Source: Eledone cirrhosa
Taxonomy: Eukaryota
Direction of reading: 5' to 3'
NCBI GenBank assembly: GCA_964016885.1
Contig: OZ024740.1
Span: 224,192,001-224,256,000 of the forward strand
Length of the DNA stretch: 64,000 nucleotides
Shown: piece by piece, positions 27,137-41,043 of the stretch
How positions within the stretch are numbered: the stretch's first letter is position 1
Layout of the letters: each line of letters begins with the position of its first letter
The notes under the pieces: generated by a model
What the model saw: only the letters and a program-made list of their open reading frames with translations
What the model was told of the DNA's origin: nothing
The model's database searches: none
Made by a program: the position numbers and the translations under genes

Positions 27137-30130
27137 TTAATATTTCTTCTATACTAAATTTTGTCAAATAGGAAGTGTAATTAAATCAGTCATAACATCA
27201 ATAGTGTGAATCAACCACAAATGTAATGATAAAAACAGCCACAATAACAAGAGCTCCTGAGAAAAATAATCCCTTTTTGGGATAAAATCATTTAGGAAAT
27301 TTACTAAACGAAACATGTAGAAATGGATGTTATTATTTTGAAAAAATAAAGTATCACTCTTATACTGGAGTTAATTTCAATCAAATTTGCCCCCCCACCC
27401 CACCCCCTCATCTCAAGGGCTGGCCATGAGCCTAAATTAGAAACCATTATTATAAAATTTCATTAAATGTATCATTGCTCTCAACCTTGCAAATCTCATG
27501 TGTGATATTAAACACTATTCTGAATTATTATGAGTTTATTATAGATTATAGAAACATAATTATATATATCATCATTATCAATGTCTGAGCCCTTATCATC
27601 ACCAATGTCCATTTTTTTCATGAGTGCTTAAATAAGATGACTCTTCACCAATGCTGTACCACTCCAGTTGTTTCAATCCTTTGTCACCTCTTTTGTGTGT
27701 ACCAGCAGCTTGAGATCAGCTTTAAGCACCTCCTCCCAAGTCTGATTTGAGCTTTTTCCATGGCTTGATTCCATTTAGAACTGACGAAACGTTTTCACCT
27801 GATAATCATCATTGAGGAAAACCAGACTATGTCTAGCCGGTAGCATCTAGCCTCCTCAGGTCTGAATGCATCCCTTGTTATCCCACACGAAACACATCTT
27901 TGGTTTCCTCATCATACTGCAGTTTCAGTTTCAGTGATCTTATTAGCACCAGTCATCTATCTGGTACTTTGTCAAAACCACAAAGTGACTTATGCCTGAC
28001 TGATAATTGTCAGTCTTTGCCCCAAAATGTTGGTGTCAATGTGTTATTGAAAACTGTCAAATCAATTAATGGTGAAGGTGGTGGAATTAGCAATTAAAGG
28101 GTCCCTGTTCTTTAAAATATTTTGGCCAATGACCTGCACCCATCCTCAAAATGCATCATCACCTCCAAACACCAGAAAACATAAATACAACTGTTTTACA
28201 ATGATAGCTGGCTTTCCCAATGATTTCTTTAGAATGAAATAGTTCTAGTCCTGTAGAAACCATTTCTATATTAAACTTGATGTTTACACTCAACTAATGT
28301 ATTGAGTACTTTACTAACTGTGGTTAACCCTGATTGAATCCAGGACTCACACACACGCACACACAAACACAGATGCACACACTTGCACAGACACATACAC
28401 ACACATACACACACACGTACATATATATAACGTTTAACAATGAGAAATAGAACCAAATATTATTTACTACATTATAGTGTGTGTTCTTAGCTATTGATGA
28501 TCTGTTCGCTTCACATATGGAGTTGTTTCAATTCTGAGATTGTTTATATGAATTAAAATAGTTTTTATATTCAGATTTGTATTTTAAATTTTGAAAGATG
28601 AAAATATTTTCAATCAAAAACGATGTTCATGTAATATCTTATCAATCAATGTGTTTTATAGCTATTTGATTGTATCATTGTTAATCTTTGTCTTATATAA
28701 CTTAGTATATTTCAAAATTTGTAAATGTATCAAGAAATATGCTGATGCAGATGAAAATATTTGTGATTAATTCTTTAACAATGTAACTGCCACATGAAGC
28801 TAATTGGTTGTCTAACAGAAAAATATAGCCTGTAGTCATTTTCTTAAATATACCACTATCATGAGCACCAGCACTGAGAAAGTTATCATGTCTTTACACA
28901 ACTGAAGAGTCCTCCCAAACCTTTGTTTGTCTAGTTTTCTTTTATGGCTGGGTGCCTTTCCTATCACAAACCACATTACAGAAAATTGCTAGGTGCATTA
29001 ATTATGTCACCAATACTAGAGAGGTTATCATCCTCTTGATTAACTGAAGAGTCAGCACACCATCTTTGATATGGTTTCTATAGCTGGATGCTCTTCCTAT
29101 CCTCAATCTCCTTGCTGGTTTTATTGAGTAAATATTTCATGACACTAGCACAAGAGAGAGACTGTCAGTCATTGACTGAACTACAGACCCTTCTCTATTC
29201 TATTGGTGAGGGCAATTGGACAGGGAGTTGAAGGAATGATAAGTATGGTGTCGTAGGTGTGTGGCAGGTACGTAAGGTGTGAAAGTATGTCATGGCTATA
29301 TAAAAAGAATGGTCGGATTTGAAAGGATGATGAGTCAGATGGTAAAGGTTGAGCTCCATAATTTATGGAGGGTACTGCAATAATGAGAACTGCTACTAGG
29401 GTGTCATAACTGATGTATTAGATTTTAAGATGGGTGTGGTAAGCAATTATGTATGTTGTGTCAGTAGGATGTGGTAGTTATAGTATGGTAAAGAGTTATG
29501 GTTGGTGTGTCACGATTTAAGGGGTCAGGGTAATCCTGGAAAGAGTAAAGGTGGAGGTAGGGGTGTACAGTGAGCATATAACTTACTAGCAACCATTTTA
29601 GCTGTTTTTTTATTACATGCAGTGGTATGGCATACATTTTTAAAAACATAGATAGATAGATGAACAGAGAGGCTGTCAGATATGTATAGATTGAAAAATA
29701 AATATATGACACACGTCTGTAAAGTTTGTGTCCATTAAATTCCCCTTATAAACTATTTGTTAATGGGTGTATATCTCTATATATAAACAATGTATGTGTT
29801 TAAGGTATGTTTATGTATACATGTATGTAAACTTCAGTTAATATACCTATATATTTATATGTTGATATTATAATTTTTGTATATTTATATTTTTATAATT
29901 CTTCATCTAGGCAACCATATGAATCTTTATATAAATGGATGTCTGAAAAATCTGGAGATTATTCATAAATAATATGTTTGTTCTTTTAGTAATAATTGAT
30001 CATTCCAATAATGACATGTACACAATTTGCTTGTGTCTCTGATATCCCTGTTGCTTTTCCTCTTAAATAACACAAGCACACACTTATATATATATAAGCA
30101 GCTATCCATTGCTTAAACTTTAATCTGTTA

Positions 30131-30195
<65 letters not shown>

Positions 30196-30242
30196 GACGT
30201 AAATAAGAAAGTTATGAAAATTGACTTACTTACTAAAATTTC

Positions 30243-30321
30243 ACTCCAACTAATTAGTTTCTGTAAGGGGATAAATATAGTTACGTAATAACTATAGAGA
30301 AGCCTTACGTCATCAGGGAGT
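30243..30321 (-). ncRNA. Type I hammerhead ribozyme (inverted copy)
   Basis: Exact reverse complement of 30912-30990. Confidence 0.85.
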
Positions 30322-30911
30322 CTATTCTCAGCTAAGTTTCCAGGCAATGCGGGGATACTGGGAACTTATATAAAAATAATTCAGTGGATGGAAAAAAGCG
30401 AGCGGGGCTAGATTCCAAGACATTGAAAAATTCACTGCCTTCTTGGTCAAGTGGCAAATTCAAAAGAATCAATCACGTGACACTGAGGTTAACCAGCTTG
30501 GAGTGGGGGTGCTATTAAGACAGAGCCTAGCTACTACTATCAGTCACAGTAGTAATTTGGCAAGACAAATATATATATCTGCTAGCATAGGTATGCATCT
30601 GTATACATATGTCGGTAGATATATTAATTCTTTATAATTATCAACTCCAAATTATTTGTTGAGCAAAATTTGCCAAATTACTACTGTGACTGATAGTAGT
30701 AGCTAGGCTCTGACTTAATAGCACCCCCACTCCAAGCAGGTTAACCTCAGTGTCACGTGATTGATTCTTTTGAATTTGCCACTTGACCAAGAAGGCAGTG
30801 AATTTTTCAATGGCTTGGAATCTAGCCCCGCTCGCTTTTTTCCATCCACTGAATTATTTTTATATAAGTCCCCAGTGTCCCCGCATTGCCTGGAAACTTA
30901 GCTGAGAATAG

Positions 30912-30990
30912 ACTCCCTGATGACGTAAGGCTTCTCTATAGTTATTACGTAACTATATTTATCCCCTTACAGAAACTAATTAGTTGGAGT
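30912..30990 (+). ncRNA. Type I hammerhead ribozyme
   Basis: actcc-CTGATGA-c-gtaagg..atagtta/taactat hairpin..ccttac-a-GAAA-ctaattag-TT-ggagt. Stem I actcc/ggagt, stem II gtaagg/ccttac, palindromic stem III, GUU triplet. Confidence 0.88.
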
Positions 30991-31180
30991 GAAATTTTAG
31001 TAAGTAAGTCAATTTTCATAACTTTCTTATTTACGTCTTTCATATAATTGTTCTGCATTCCCCTTCATAGAACCACAAAGTTACTAAGACAAAACATATA
31101 TATCTGCTAGCATAGGTATGCATCTGTATACATATGTCGGTAGATATATTAATTCTTTATATATATATATATATATATAT

Positions 31181-31222
<42 letters not shown>

Positions 31223-33318
31223 GTTTAGCGTCCATCTTCCACGCTTGCATGGGTTTGGACGGATTTTTTCCCACTTGAGGCAAGATTGGTTGTCTTCCTC
31301 GTATAGGATTGTCTGGCGGGTTTTCTACGGCTGGATGCCCTTCCTAACACCAACCACGTTTACAGCGTGGACTAGGAGGTTTTTACTGTGTTACCTATAC
31401 GCCCACATTACAGCGTGGACTGTGTGTTTTTGTCGTGACACCTACACGACCTCATTTATTTCGGACTGGATGTTGTGGTACCAACATAACTTTACATCGA
31501 AAGAGGTGGGCTGGATGGGGTGGGGGTAGTGGGACAGGGGGTGTATTTTGGTAAGAGGTGCCTACTGACTGTAAGTTTCACTTTGTACTTAGGTAACGCG
31601 GGTCTTCTGTATTACTATGTAGCGCCAAATATATTGGTCCAGTGACATTGTCTTGGAGAGGTGTAAGTGTGTGAGGTCGGAATTTATCAAGTCGTCCCAG
31701 GTTTTTCTGGGTCTGCCTACTCTGTGGCTACCGTCTATTTTTATCGCCCTGCACTTTTTTATACAGCTGTCGTCTTTCATGTGCATCACTTGATCATACT
31801 AACCAAGTCTTCTCTCGAGTAAACAACATCTGATCCCTCTTATTCCTAATTTCTCCCTTAGTTCATTTATGCTTTGCCGTTCACGTATATTAATATTAAA
31901 CATCCAACGGAGCATGCAAGCTTCGTTCCTCTCCAGTCTGCGTATATCCTCTGCACACAATGCCCAAGTCTCACTGCCATGTAACATTGTTGTTCGTATG
32001 CAGGCATCATACAGCCTGCCTTTCATTTTTAGAGATAACCCTTTAGCGGCCAACAGTGGTATAAGCTCTCTGAACTTTTTCCATCCCGTTCTGACTCAAG
32101 CTACTGTACTTTCAGAGCACCCTCCCCCACTGCTGATTTTGTCACCCAGGTAACGGAAGGTGTCCACTATTTCTATAGAACCATCTGTGCAATGGAATGA
32201 GCTAGTATTCTGTGGGCACTTGCTGCTACTTATTGCATCTGAGCACCGGCCACATATAAAATCTATATTGTTAGTTAGCTTACCTGTGATCCCACTGCAT
32301 CTTTTATGCACCCATACTTTGCATTTGGGACATAAAATGGAGTTTCTGCCTACCCCTTTCCTACACACTGAGCATGGCCATTTCCCAGATGGGACCAGTG
32401 CCCTATTTTCCTTCCTACAAACTAGAACTTTAGTCTTAAACAGGTTAATTTTAAGGCCTTTTGATTCTAGGCCATGCTTCCATGTTTGGAATTTTTTCTC
32501 TAGTTCAGCCATTGATTCAGCTCTGAGCGTTAGATCATCTGTGTATAGGAGTTCCCATGGGCAGTCGGTCTTGAACTCCTCTGTTATAGCCTGAAGGGCA
32601 ATAATAAATAGTAGGGGGCTAAGGACGGAGCCCTGATGAACACCAACTTTTACGCTAAACTCTATATTCTTTGTTAATTCTAACCTTGCTGACTGTTTCT
32701 TTATACATGGCTTGTATAGCTCTCACAAGCCATTCATCAACACCTAGTTTTCTAAGAGCCCACCAGATAATGGAGCGGGGGACTCTGTCACAGGCTTTCT
32801 CCAAGTCAACAAAAGCTAAGTATAGGGGTTTACTTTTAGCTAGGTACTTCTCCTGTAGTTGTCATACAATGAAAAGAGCGTCTGTGTACTTTTACCTGAC
32901 ACAAACCCGAACTGCATTTCATCTAGATCAGTTAGTTCTCTGATTAGTTGTGCTCTTACTTTTTCTGTGACCTTCATGACCTGGTCAATTAATTTAATGC
33001 CTCTATAGTTTCCCCTATCTAGGGCATCTCCTTTACCCTTGAAGCATTTAATTATGATGCTGCTACGCCAGTTCTTCGGAACGACCCCATTCTGTATGAC
33101 TTGGTTTACTATCCGGGTGACCATAATGTGTCCCACCGTTCCAGATGCTTTCAGGATTTCAGCAACTATTTCCGAGGGCCCAGCCGCCTTGCCTGTCTTC
33201 ATATCTTTGATCACCTTACCTATTATACTGCATTCAACTTGCACTGCTCGTCCCTCTATTGGATCGATGTGGGAAAGACTGTCTTTCTCCCATTTATTCT
33301 CCTCCCTTAGTAGCCCTT
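31181..33318 (-). mobile_element. 5'-truncated RTE LINE, ORF2 RT region with frameshifts
   Basis: KTGKAAGPSEI, KGKGDALDRGNYRGIKL, QFGF, FVDLEKA, VGVHQGSVLSPLLFI, LLYTDDL, PHD-like insert, FRYLGD, LHGSETW, GRPRKTW; (TGA)n tail at 31181-31222. Confidence 0.95.
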
Positions 33319-33599
33319 ATATATATATATAAAGCTCAGCCTTTAGCCCCCAACTCTATCTTACATATATATCCATTATTATGATTTGTCCTCAATTCAA
33401 TACAATAGGATTTGTGTGTTATAATGTTTAAAATAAACATACATATTTTACATTAGGAAACTCATACATGCACCTTCTTTTTGTGTGATTGAATAGACAA
33501 AAAGACACAAATATGGGCATTTTAAGCGAGCCCATCCCGCTTCAAGTCTGAGTACAGCAGATTTCTTCCAGAGAAGGAAAGAAAGTAAAATAGAGTAAA

Positions 33600-33775
33600 T
33601 GAAAAAGAAATATAGAGAAAGGATCCACCCCAGTACTAGACTGGTATTTTTTTAATGACTTTGAAAGGATGAATGGCAAAGTTGACCTCGGCATGACTTG
33701 GAGAGCAGAGAGCTGGAATGAATACTGTAAAGCATTCTTATCTGACATTATAACGACTCTGCCAAATCACCTCCT
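33600..33775 (-). mobile_element. Decayed SINE
   Basis: ctggtatt..aaaggatgaatggcaaagttgacctcggc..actctgccaa is a diverged reverse complement of the 11619 family. Confidence 0.65.
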
Positions 33776-34607
33776 GCAACAATAGTATAATAATGTTTTA
33801 TTAAATTTTATTAAAAGATGACTTATCTCATTAATAAGAGTTGCTTTCATTGATGAGGCAATTTACTTTCATCTTCATTCTGATTCATCAAGGATTGTTG
33901 AATTAAGTACTAGTTATATACTATCCGGTGGTTGTGGTGTGTTCTTGAACAAAACACCTAATTTCATATTGCTGCAGTACACTCAGCTGAAAATGTGTAC
34001 CAGCAGTAGCTGGGAGTTAATCTGTGTTGGACTGGTATACTCTCCAGGAGGCAGACTTGTACTATGTCGCTTAATGCTAATGAAAAATGGAACTGGGTAT
34101 AAGCACCAATCCAATGAACTTGATTGCTTGGGTCAGACTTTAAATATTTTTTAGATACTATCTGTATTTGATGATGTCTAGATGTTCAGGAAAATATATT
34201 TATTCTTCGTAATAAACATTACTTCATGACCTCAGGTTAGGCATTTTATTATATTGCTGTGAGCTACATTGTAAACATACTAGAAACACCTTGATATGAC
34301 CTTATGTCACAAAGGATCAAGGCTTATGGTTTTAAAATTGCAATTTCACTACAAATGTTTATTTTACATTCTCTACACATATTGTGTTATGGAACATTCG
34401 TATGGATTTAGAATAAAACAGACTTATAATGATATATCTTATGAACAGTTTATTGCTTCACATCATATATGACTAAAAGGCAATGATTAATTCTGACCAC
34501 ACAAAAGGTAAATAAGACCAGAATAAATCGAAATTATAAAACCTTGCTTGGAAAACATACATGATCTCTGTAATTCTTCTGAGCTGGTGATTATTTCCAT
34601 AGGAAAG

Positions 34608-34655
<48 letters not shown>

Positions 34656-34763
34656 ATTATTATAAATTTAAGCTATAGCCGTATTTTGACTAAAGAAATG
34701 AAAGAAATTATTTAGCCTGATAGTTGGGTTAAAAACCCTTGGAGAAATGGAAAAGATGAGTAT

Positions 34764-34835
34764 TGACGTACATGGGAGTTGAACCCACATCTTTGGTTAT
34801 CCGGACCACTGTGCTACCATTTACACCAACACATC
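34764..34835 (-). pseudogene. tRNA-like sequence (pseudo-tRNA, nominal anticodon GGA)
   Basis: Minus strand gatgtgt-tg-gtgtaaatggtagcac-a-gtggt-ccggata-accaa-agat-gtggg-ttcaact-cccat-gtacgtc-a folds as a cloverleaf. It has C33, several wobble or mismatched pairs and no long variable arm. Confidence 0.6.
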
Positions 34836-35120
34836 AATATATATATTCAAAACATTTTAATATTCTAGCAAGATGTCCCTGACATGAGTTAATGAGACTT
34901 CTGAAATGGAGATTATTAAGTAAACTTGTAGATGGCAGATCGAACTCCAGAGAAACAAGCAACTTGATCAGCCTGATGATAATACACACACACATGCACA
35001 CACATGCGCACGCATGTGTATGTATGTGTGTGTGTATATATGATGATTATCAGTGGAATGAACTGATGTTGAATATGTGATACAGTCTCTCTTCCTTTCC
35101 TTAATGTATATGTGTATGTA

Positions 35121-35185
<65 letters not shown>

Positions 35186-36018
35186 CTGTGTGTATAGGCA
35201 GTGTTCATAAATGGAATGGAGAGACTCAAACAATATTCAATTCAGAAATTAAGTAAGTGTTACTATAACAAGCCAGTAGTATGTTTCTCAATGTTCTAAG
35301 TCATCAACATTGTATATTGTGTGTAGATTCTTTTGTTACTATGTCTGAAATGTTCTGAATTTTATTACTAAACTGTCATTCTGACAATAGGCCTTATCCC
35401 TGATTTCCATAATTTAGTCAGTCAAAATATGAACATTATTTTACTTATTTTTCAACAAATATTCTAATATTAACACTCCCAGTTGTCTGAGATTACATTA
35501 AATATTTTTCCTTCTTTACTTTCAATAAGCTGCAGAATCAATATTCTAAACCAGTTGCAAAACTGTTGAACATATAATTATTATTGTAAGATAAAAAGAT
35601 AGTTACTGAAGCAAAGCATTTGATCATATCTCTCTCTAGATTTACATGAGAAATTTATGTCCCAATCTTTTCAAATGACATAAAAATGTAGGATAGGTCT
35701 ACAGTACTTGCAGTGTATTACTTGTTTCTTGGATGACATCTGTCCACATATTGAACATCAAATTATCATAACTGTGTGTTCCACAGTCTGCTTTCCATTA
35801 TCTCACAATTGCAAAGATTTGAACAGGAGCAGTTTACCATGAATTGACATGAAATAAATTCTCTCACTGAATAAAAGTGGTTTTACAGAAATTGTCATAT
35901 TCAGTGAAAAGTTTTCTCTTACTATATTCAGCTGGAATTCAACTGGATACGATGTACACACACACATTCATTTATTCATATATATGTATATATACATATG
36001 CACATATGTATGGATGCA

Positions 36019-36064
<46 letters not shown>

Positions 36065-37599
36065 CTTAACATCTGACACTTTATACAAATTCCTTTTCAT
36101 TTATTCATTTATTTTTTTTTTCTTGAAAGAAAATTTGTGTCAATTAATATTGGAAGCATTAGCTTCTCTTCCTGTCAGATCACTGAAATGAAGCCAGATA
36201 TAGCTTCAATGGTTATGAATTGGACGATTATTTCAGAAACACATGTATGTAATAACACAGAGATCTTAGTTTGGACTTAAAAGAGATATTTCTTTTGCTA
36301 TATCATAGAAGTTATAGACATATTTCTTCAGCAATAAGCCAAAATCAAAGAATAAATTAATTTAATTCAAATTTTTACATAAATACATACATACAATAAA
36401 CAAATAAGTAATAAACAATAAACATTCATCATCATCATCATTATCTATCTTCCCATGGCCCAGATGGATTTCAACAGTCTCAGTCAATTCTTTTACAGAT
36501 TTATTACCCTCTAGTTAGGTTGTTAGGTCAGGTGTGGTTTCTGCTGGCTATTGGTTCCATGTAACCTAGTACAACCTGCTTCATTGTTGATTGGTCGATG
36601 ACTAAACCGGATCCCCATTGAGACTCTGGTCTTGGTGAGGAGGATAAGTGGAACCCTAGCAGTACAAACAAACAAGAACTGTTAATAGCGCTGATGAACT
36701 CCTCAGTTTCAATGGCTATCCACCCCAAAATGTGGGTTAAATAGCTCACCAACCTGCAACTGGCCAAGTGTGGTGAGTACGACTATACCCCTGACATGAC
36801 CAAAGCCAAACAGAAAGTAGTGGAGATCAACCAGAGAGGGGTTCCTCCAGCAAGTGTTAGAAGGCCCTGGATTGGATTAGAATGAGTTAAGTTGAAGGAT
36901 GATTTCTATGACTGAATGCTCTGCCTATGACCAACCACATACCAAAGTGTTTTATGCACATGCTATCATGGCACTAGTACTAGATGAGTTACTATGATCT
37001 TGATAAGATTAAAGAGCCCTCTCTGTCCTAATATCGATATTATAAAATCATTAAGTTAGCAGAAATGTTTTATTCCCAGATTAAATATTATTTTATTATT
37101 TAGTTTTATTCCCTCTGAATTCGGATCTTTCCAGAATCAATTTTTGTATTTGAGGATTCAGCCTGTATCTTGGGAAAAAGAATCCTTACCATGAAGGTAT
37201 AAAATTAATCAGAACATAATACAAAGAAATACCATTATTACAACCATTCCTTTCTCATTTGATATGATTGTGTATTATTTTCTGTGGTGATGCAAGTATA
37301 GCTATGTGTTTATAAAGTTCACTTATCTATGTGCTTTGTTCCTATTGAGCTACATCTTGGATATGTGTTTCTTACAGTAAGCTCCGGTTGATGAATGCTT
37401 TGCAGAAACATATTATATATATATGGTCTAACAGAGTTACCTCATAAGGGAATTCTATGTTGTCAAATATAGGATATTAGCAGTCTTTCTTGCTAAAATA
37501 TAAAGAAAAAGGTGTGTAATTTCTGAACTCATGTAACACTTATGTAACTTATCTTTGTGTCGTGAATAAAACATCGAAATGCTTTTCATTATTTTGCAA

Positions 37600-37789
37600 G
37601 TGGTGTATTGGCAGCATAGGTAGAAGGTAGGACGCCATGCCTTGCAGCATAGAGTTTCGCCCATTTACGGTCTGAGTTCAAATCCCGCCGAGGTTAACTT
37701 TGCCTTTCATCCTTACGGGGGTCGATAAAATAAAGTACCAGTAATGCACTGGGATAATTGCTGGGCTTGTGCCAACAGTAGAAACAATT
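37600..37789 (+). mobile_element. tRNA-derived SINE (~185 bp family)
   Basis: High identity to 11619-11798; TSD attttgca. Confidence 0.9.
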
Positions 37790-38016
37790 ATTTTGCATAC
37801 ATATTTGTGGCCAAGCCTGGAAGTCGTGAGGTATTACCATAATTTTCGAACCAATCGCAGCTTTTAATTCTTTTGATAGATGTGTGGTTTATTAACAAAC
37901 ACATTTTTAATTACCTTGTTGGATGCTTTAACACTACATATTATAACATTGGAATGATACAGACAAGATTAGGATAGCCCCAGGACAATAATGACATATT
38001 AATTCATGAAGTGTTA

Positions 38017-38820
38017 TCTATATATATATAAAACTGAGGATGTCTGTCTGTGTGTGTGTGAGTTCGAATCCCTAAAACTCGAGAACCACCCAACCGACTG
38101 TTTTCAAACTTTACACATGTAATACTTATGTTTCAAGGAGTGTTCTGAGCAAAAGAAATTTCAAATGTTCAATGCCCTAGGGACCGCATTAGGCGATTTA
38201 GCGATCTTGCTCTATAATTCTTAGTATTTCTCTTTTTAAGTAGATACATACATATAACGTCGCGCCCTTATAATATCTGTCTGTATGTCTGACTCTCTGC
38301 ATTACGTCACTTCCCTGAAGATGTCTCTGTGTGTGTGTGTGTACGTGTATCTGTGAGTTTGAATCCCTAAAACTTGAGAAGTACCCAACCGATTTTTTTC
38401 AAACTTTACATGTGTATTACTTATCTTTCAGGGAGTGTTATGCACATTAAAAAATTCAACTTTTTTTATCGACTAGGGCCCGAATTAGGTTCAAAACCGC
38501 GTCTTTTAAGAATTTTACGGGTTTTTTGAGGCGTTACGTCAGACCGATTTCCTTGAAATTGTAACTATGTATTAGTCAGTCTCTTCTTCATACCGTAAGC
38601 AAAGAAAATCCAACTTTCTTATCGCCTAGGGCCCGCATTAGGTTAAAACCTGCATTTTTCCTGCTTCATTGAGGAAAATGTTAAAGATTATCCAGCCATC
38701 AGAGTATTCGGTTTATTTTCTTTACATATTGTCAAGGCGTGCAATTTTTTCACGATTAGGTTGTTGGCGGCCTGCATTCCAAAATAACTTATCCCGTGCA
38801 ACGCCGGGTACCACTGCTAG
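38017..38820 (+). mobile_element. Non-autonomous Helitron, both ends intact
   Basis: A|TCtatatatatataaa start, subterminal hairpin cccgtgcaacgccggg, CTAG|T end, no TSD. Internal subrepeats at ~38050-38200, 38345-38495 and 38600-38655. Confidence 0.88.
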
Positions 38821-41043
38821 TATATATCTAAAAGTTATCATCTCTCATCACACATAGGTTTCCGAGAATTTGTCAGTAATATCTCAAACATAAAAAAATC
38901 TCTCAAGTACTGATTTCCACAAAAACTGCACCCAGTGCACCCTGTAAATTGGTTGCTGTTAGGAATGGCATACTGTCATAGAAAGATTTCCACACATATG
39001 GATGACAACCTCCTTAGTGCTGGTTCTATGATAAAACATGGCCACTACACTCTGTAAAGTGTAGGAATGTATGTTAGTGAGTTTCAAGCATATTGCCCAT
39101 CTGAGGCGTCAGTAAATCTGATTAAATATTGATTTGGTCTGTGTCAATTCATCATACCCTTGCTAGCATGGAAGAATGGACATTAAATTCTGATGATGAT
39201 GATAATGGTTGTGGTGGTGGTGGTGGTGGTAGTATAGCGTGAAGGAAGCCATGCATTTCTTATAAATAAGATTTTGTAATGGGTTAGCCTGATGTTGACA
39301 ACTAATAAAAAGATGAGCACAAAATAGAGAGTTATTAAATAACAAACATAGTTGTGTACAGCATACAAACAAACATGTGAAAGGTAGCAACATTATTAAA
39401 TACCAGCACAGTTTGAATATATAACATTTAGGCCTGAGTATGGTTTAATACAAAAAATATTATATTATAGTTCAATAGATATGATTACTGTATAACACAT
39501 AGCTTACTGAAAGTCAATATCTAATGTCATGAGAGAAGATACAATAAGACAATTCTTAATATGATTGCCAGAAGAAATCATAGCTGGAATATTGCTTTGG
39601 GAGCTTCTAGTTTAGCATGTATTATAGTGGTTTTTTATTACTATTGGAAAAGTGCATGCATGATGTGTTAATATAGAAGAATTCTATAGGTGACAGGAGG
39701 GGTTACATAAGCATGTGTGAAGCATGTGTATGAGAGGTATTTATAATTGAAGTAGCATATAAATATATGGCAATGTATATATCTATATATTTATTCATTT
39801 ACCAGGGACAGTTGATAATGTTTAGCAGCTGACAGGAATTTGAAAGGTAACCAACCACAGAAGAGCTTTAAATTAAAGTGGAACAGAAGGGCATTTGTTG
39901 ATCTAGCAGAAATTTTGTATGACATTCAGTGAAAACCCAGTGTATGTGCGCATGTGCATGTGCCTGCATGTGTGTGTTTGCAGAAAATATTGATTTTGAA
40001 TCAGAAATTTTACTTTCGTATTCACCTAACAGCATCATCTGAAGTGTGAAATCTATTCACAAAGACTAGTGCCTTTAAGGTAATTTACTCCCCATTCATT
40101 TATTGAAAAGAATACTTCTGAAAGAAATCATCCATAAAGATATTTTGTATGGTTCATCGTTGTCAAAATCCCTTGAGGTCAAGGATGATTCTTCATCAGA
40201 TCTAACTTCTGTCATTTCGCCTGTCACTAGTGAGCTCAATACAGAATTCACAATCTGGGGAATGTCTGAGCAGTTTTGTATAGTGCGGAAGCTGTTGCAT
40301 ATTAGTTTCCTCCCTATCTTGGTTGTAAAATACCTTAGTCATAGGTGAGTGGATGTAGCAAATTCTTGCAACTATCATCTTCCATCACAAGTATTGTTTA
40401 TCTTATTTAATCAGGGAATTTAATACCGAAGGGAAGAACGTAACTCTAAACATGAATTACAAATGCAAATAACTAGATGAAATACTACAAAGCATCTCAT
40501 CCAAAGCTCTAACACTTTTGCATGCCCACCATCCTCGATTGGTATTTTATTTCATTGTCCTCAAATTAATGAAAAGCATTGTGGAGTTGACCTTGTTGAA
40601 TCTTCTTCTCAGAAGCCAAACTAACAATACTACTTTCACTCTTCATTCAGCCTAAAACTTAGATACATCATTCCCCATGACAAGTGAACTTATTAAAACT
40701 TTTATACACTTATGGATTAATTGCCAACTATTTAGACCATCACCAGGTATCATAGAACTAAGATTTGCCTAATAATACATACCACCCATTTGCTTAGGAC
40801 TCCAATTCTGTATGAGATGACTATTATGCAACATCCAATTTTACATTAAATGCACCAGCCACATGTAATCCACCAGCTGCTGGACATAATCCATGAACAT
40901 GAGGGATACTTACTAAACAGTTTAAGATTTCTCATTAAAGTTTACATCATACTCATTCATGGATTTGTCAACATTGTTTGTTTTCTTGATACAAGTTCTG
41001 CTGGACTTTTTCATTAGTAATTACAGCTATTGATTACTCAATG

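Larger units (their letters stand above)
30189..31160 (+). mobile_element. Non-coding hammerhead element: ~525 bp unit, partial tandem copy and ~375 bp inverted copy
   Basis: 30189-30563 is the reverse complement of 30670-31045 with few mismatches; 30564-30636 recurs at 31088-31160. (TA)n on both sides. Confidence 0.9.
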
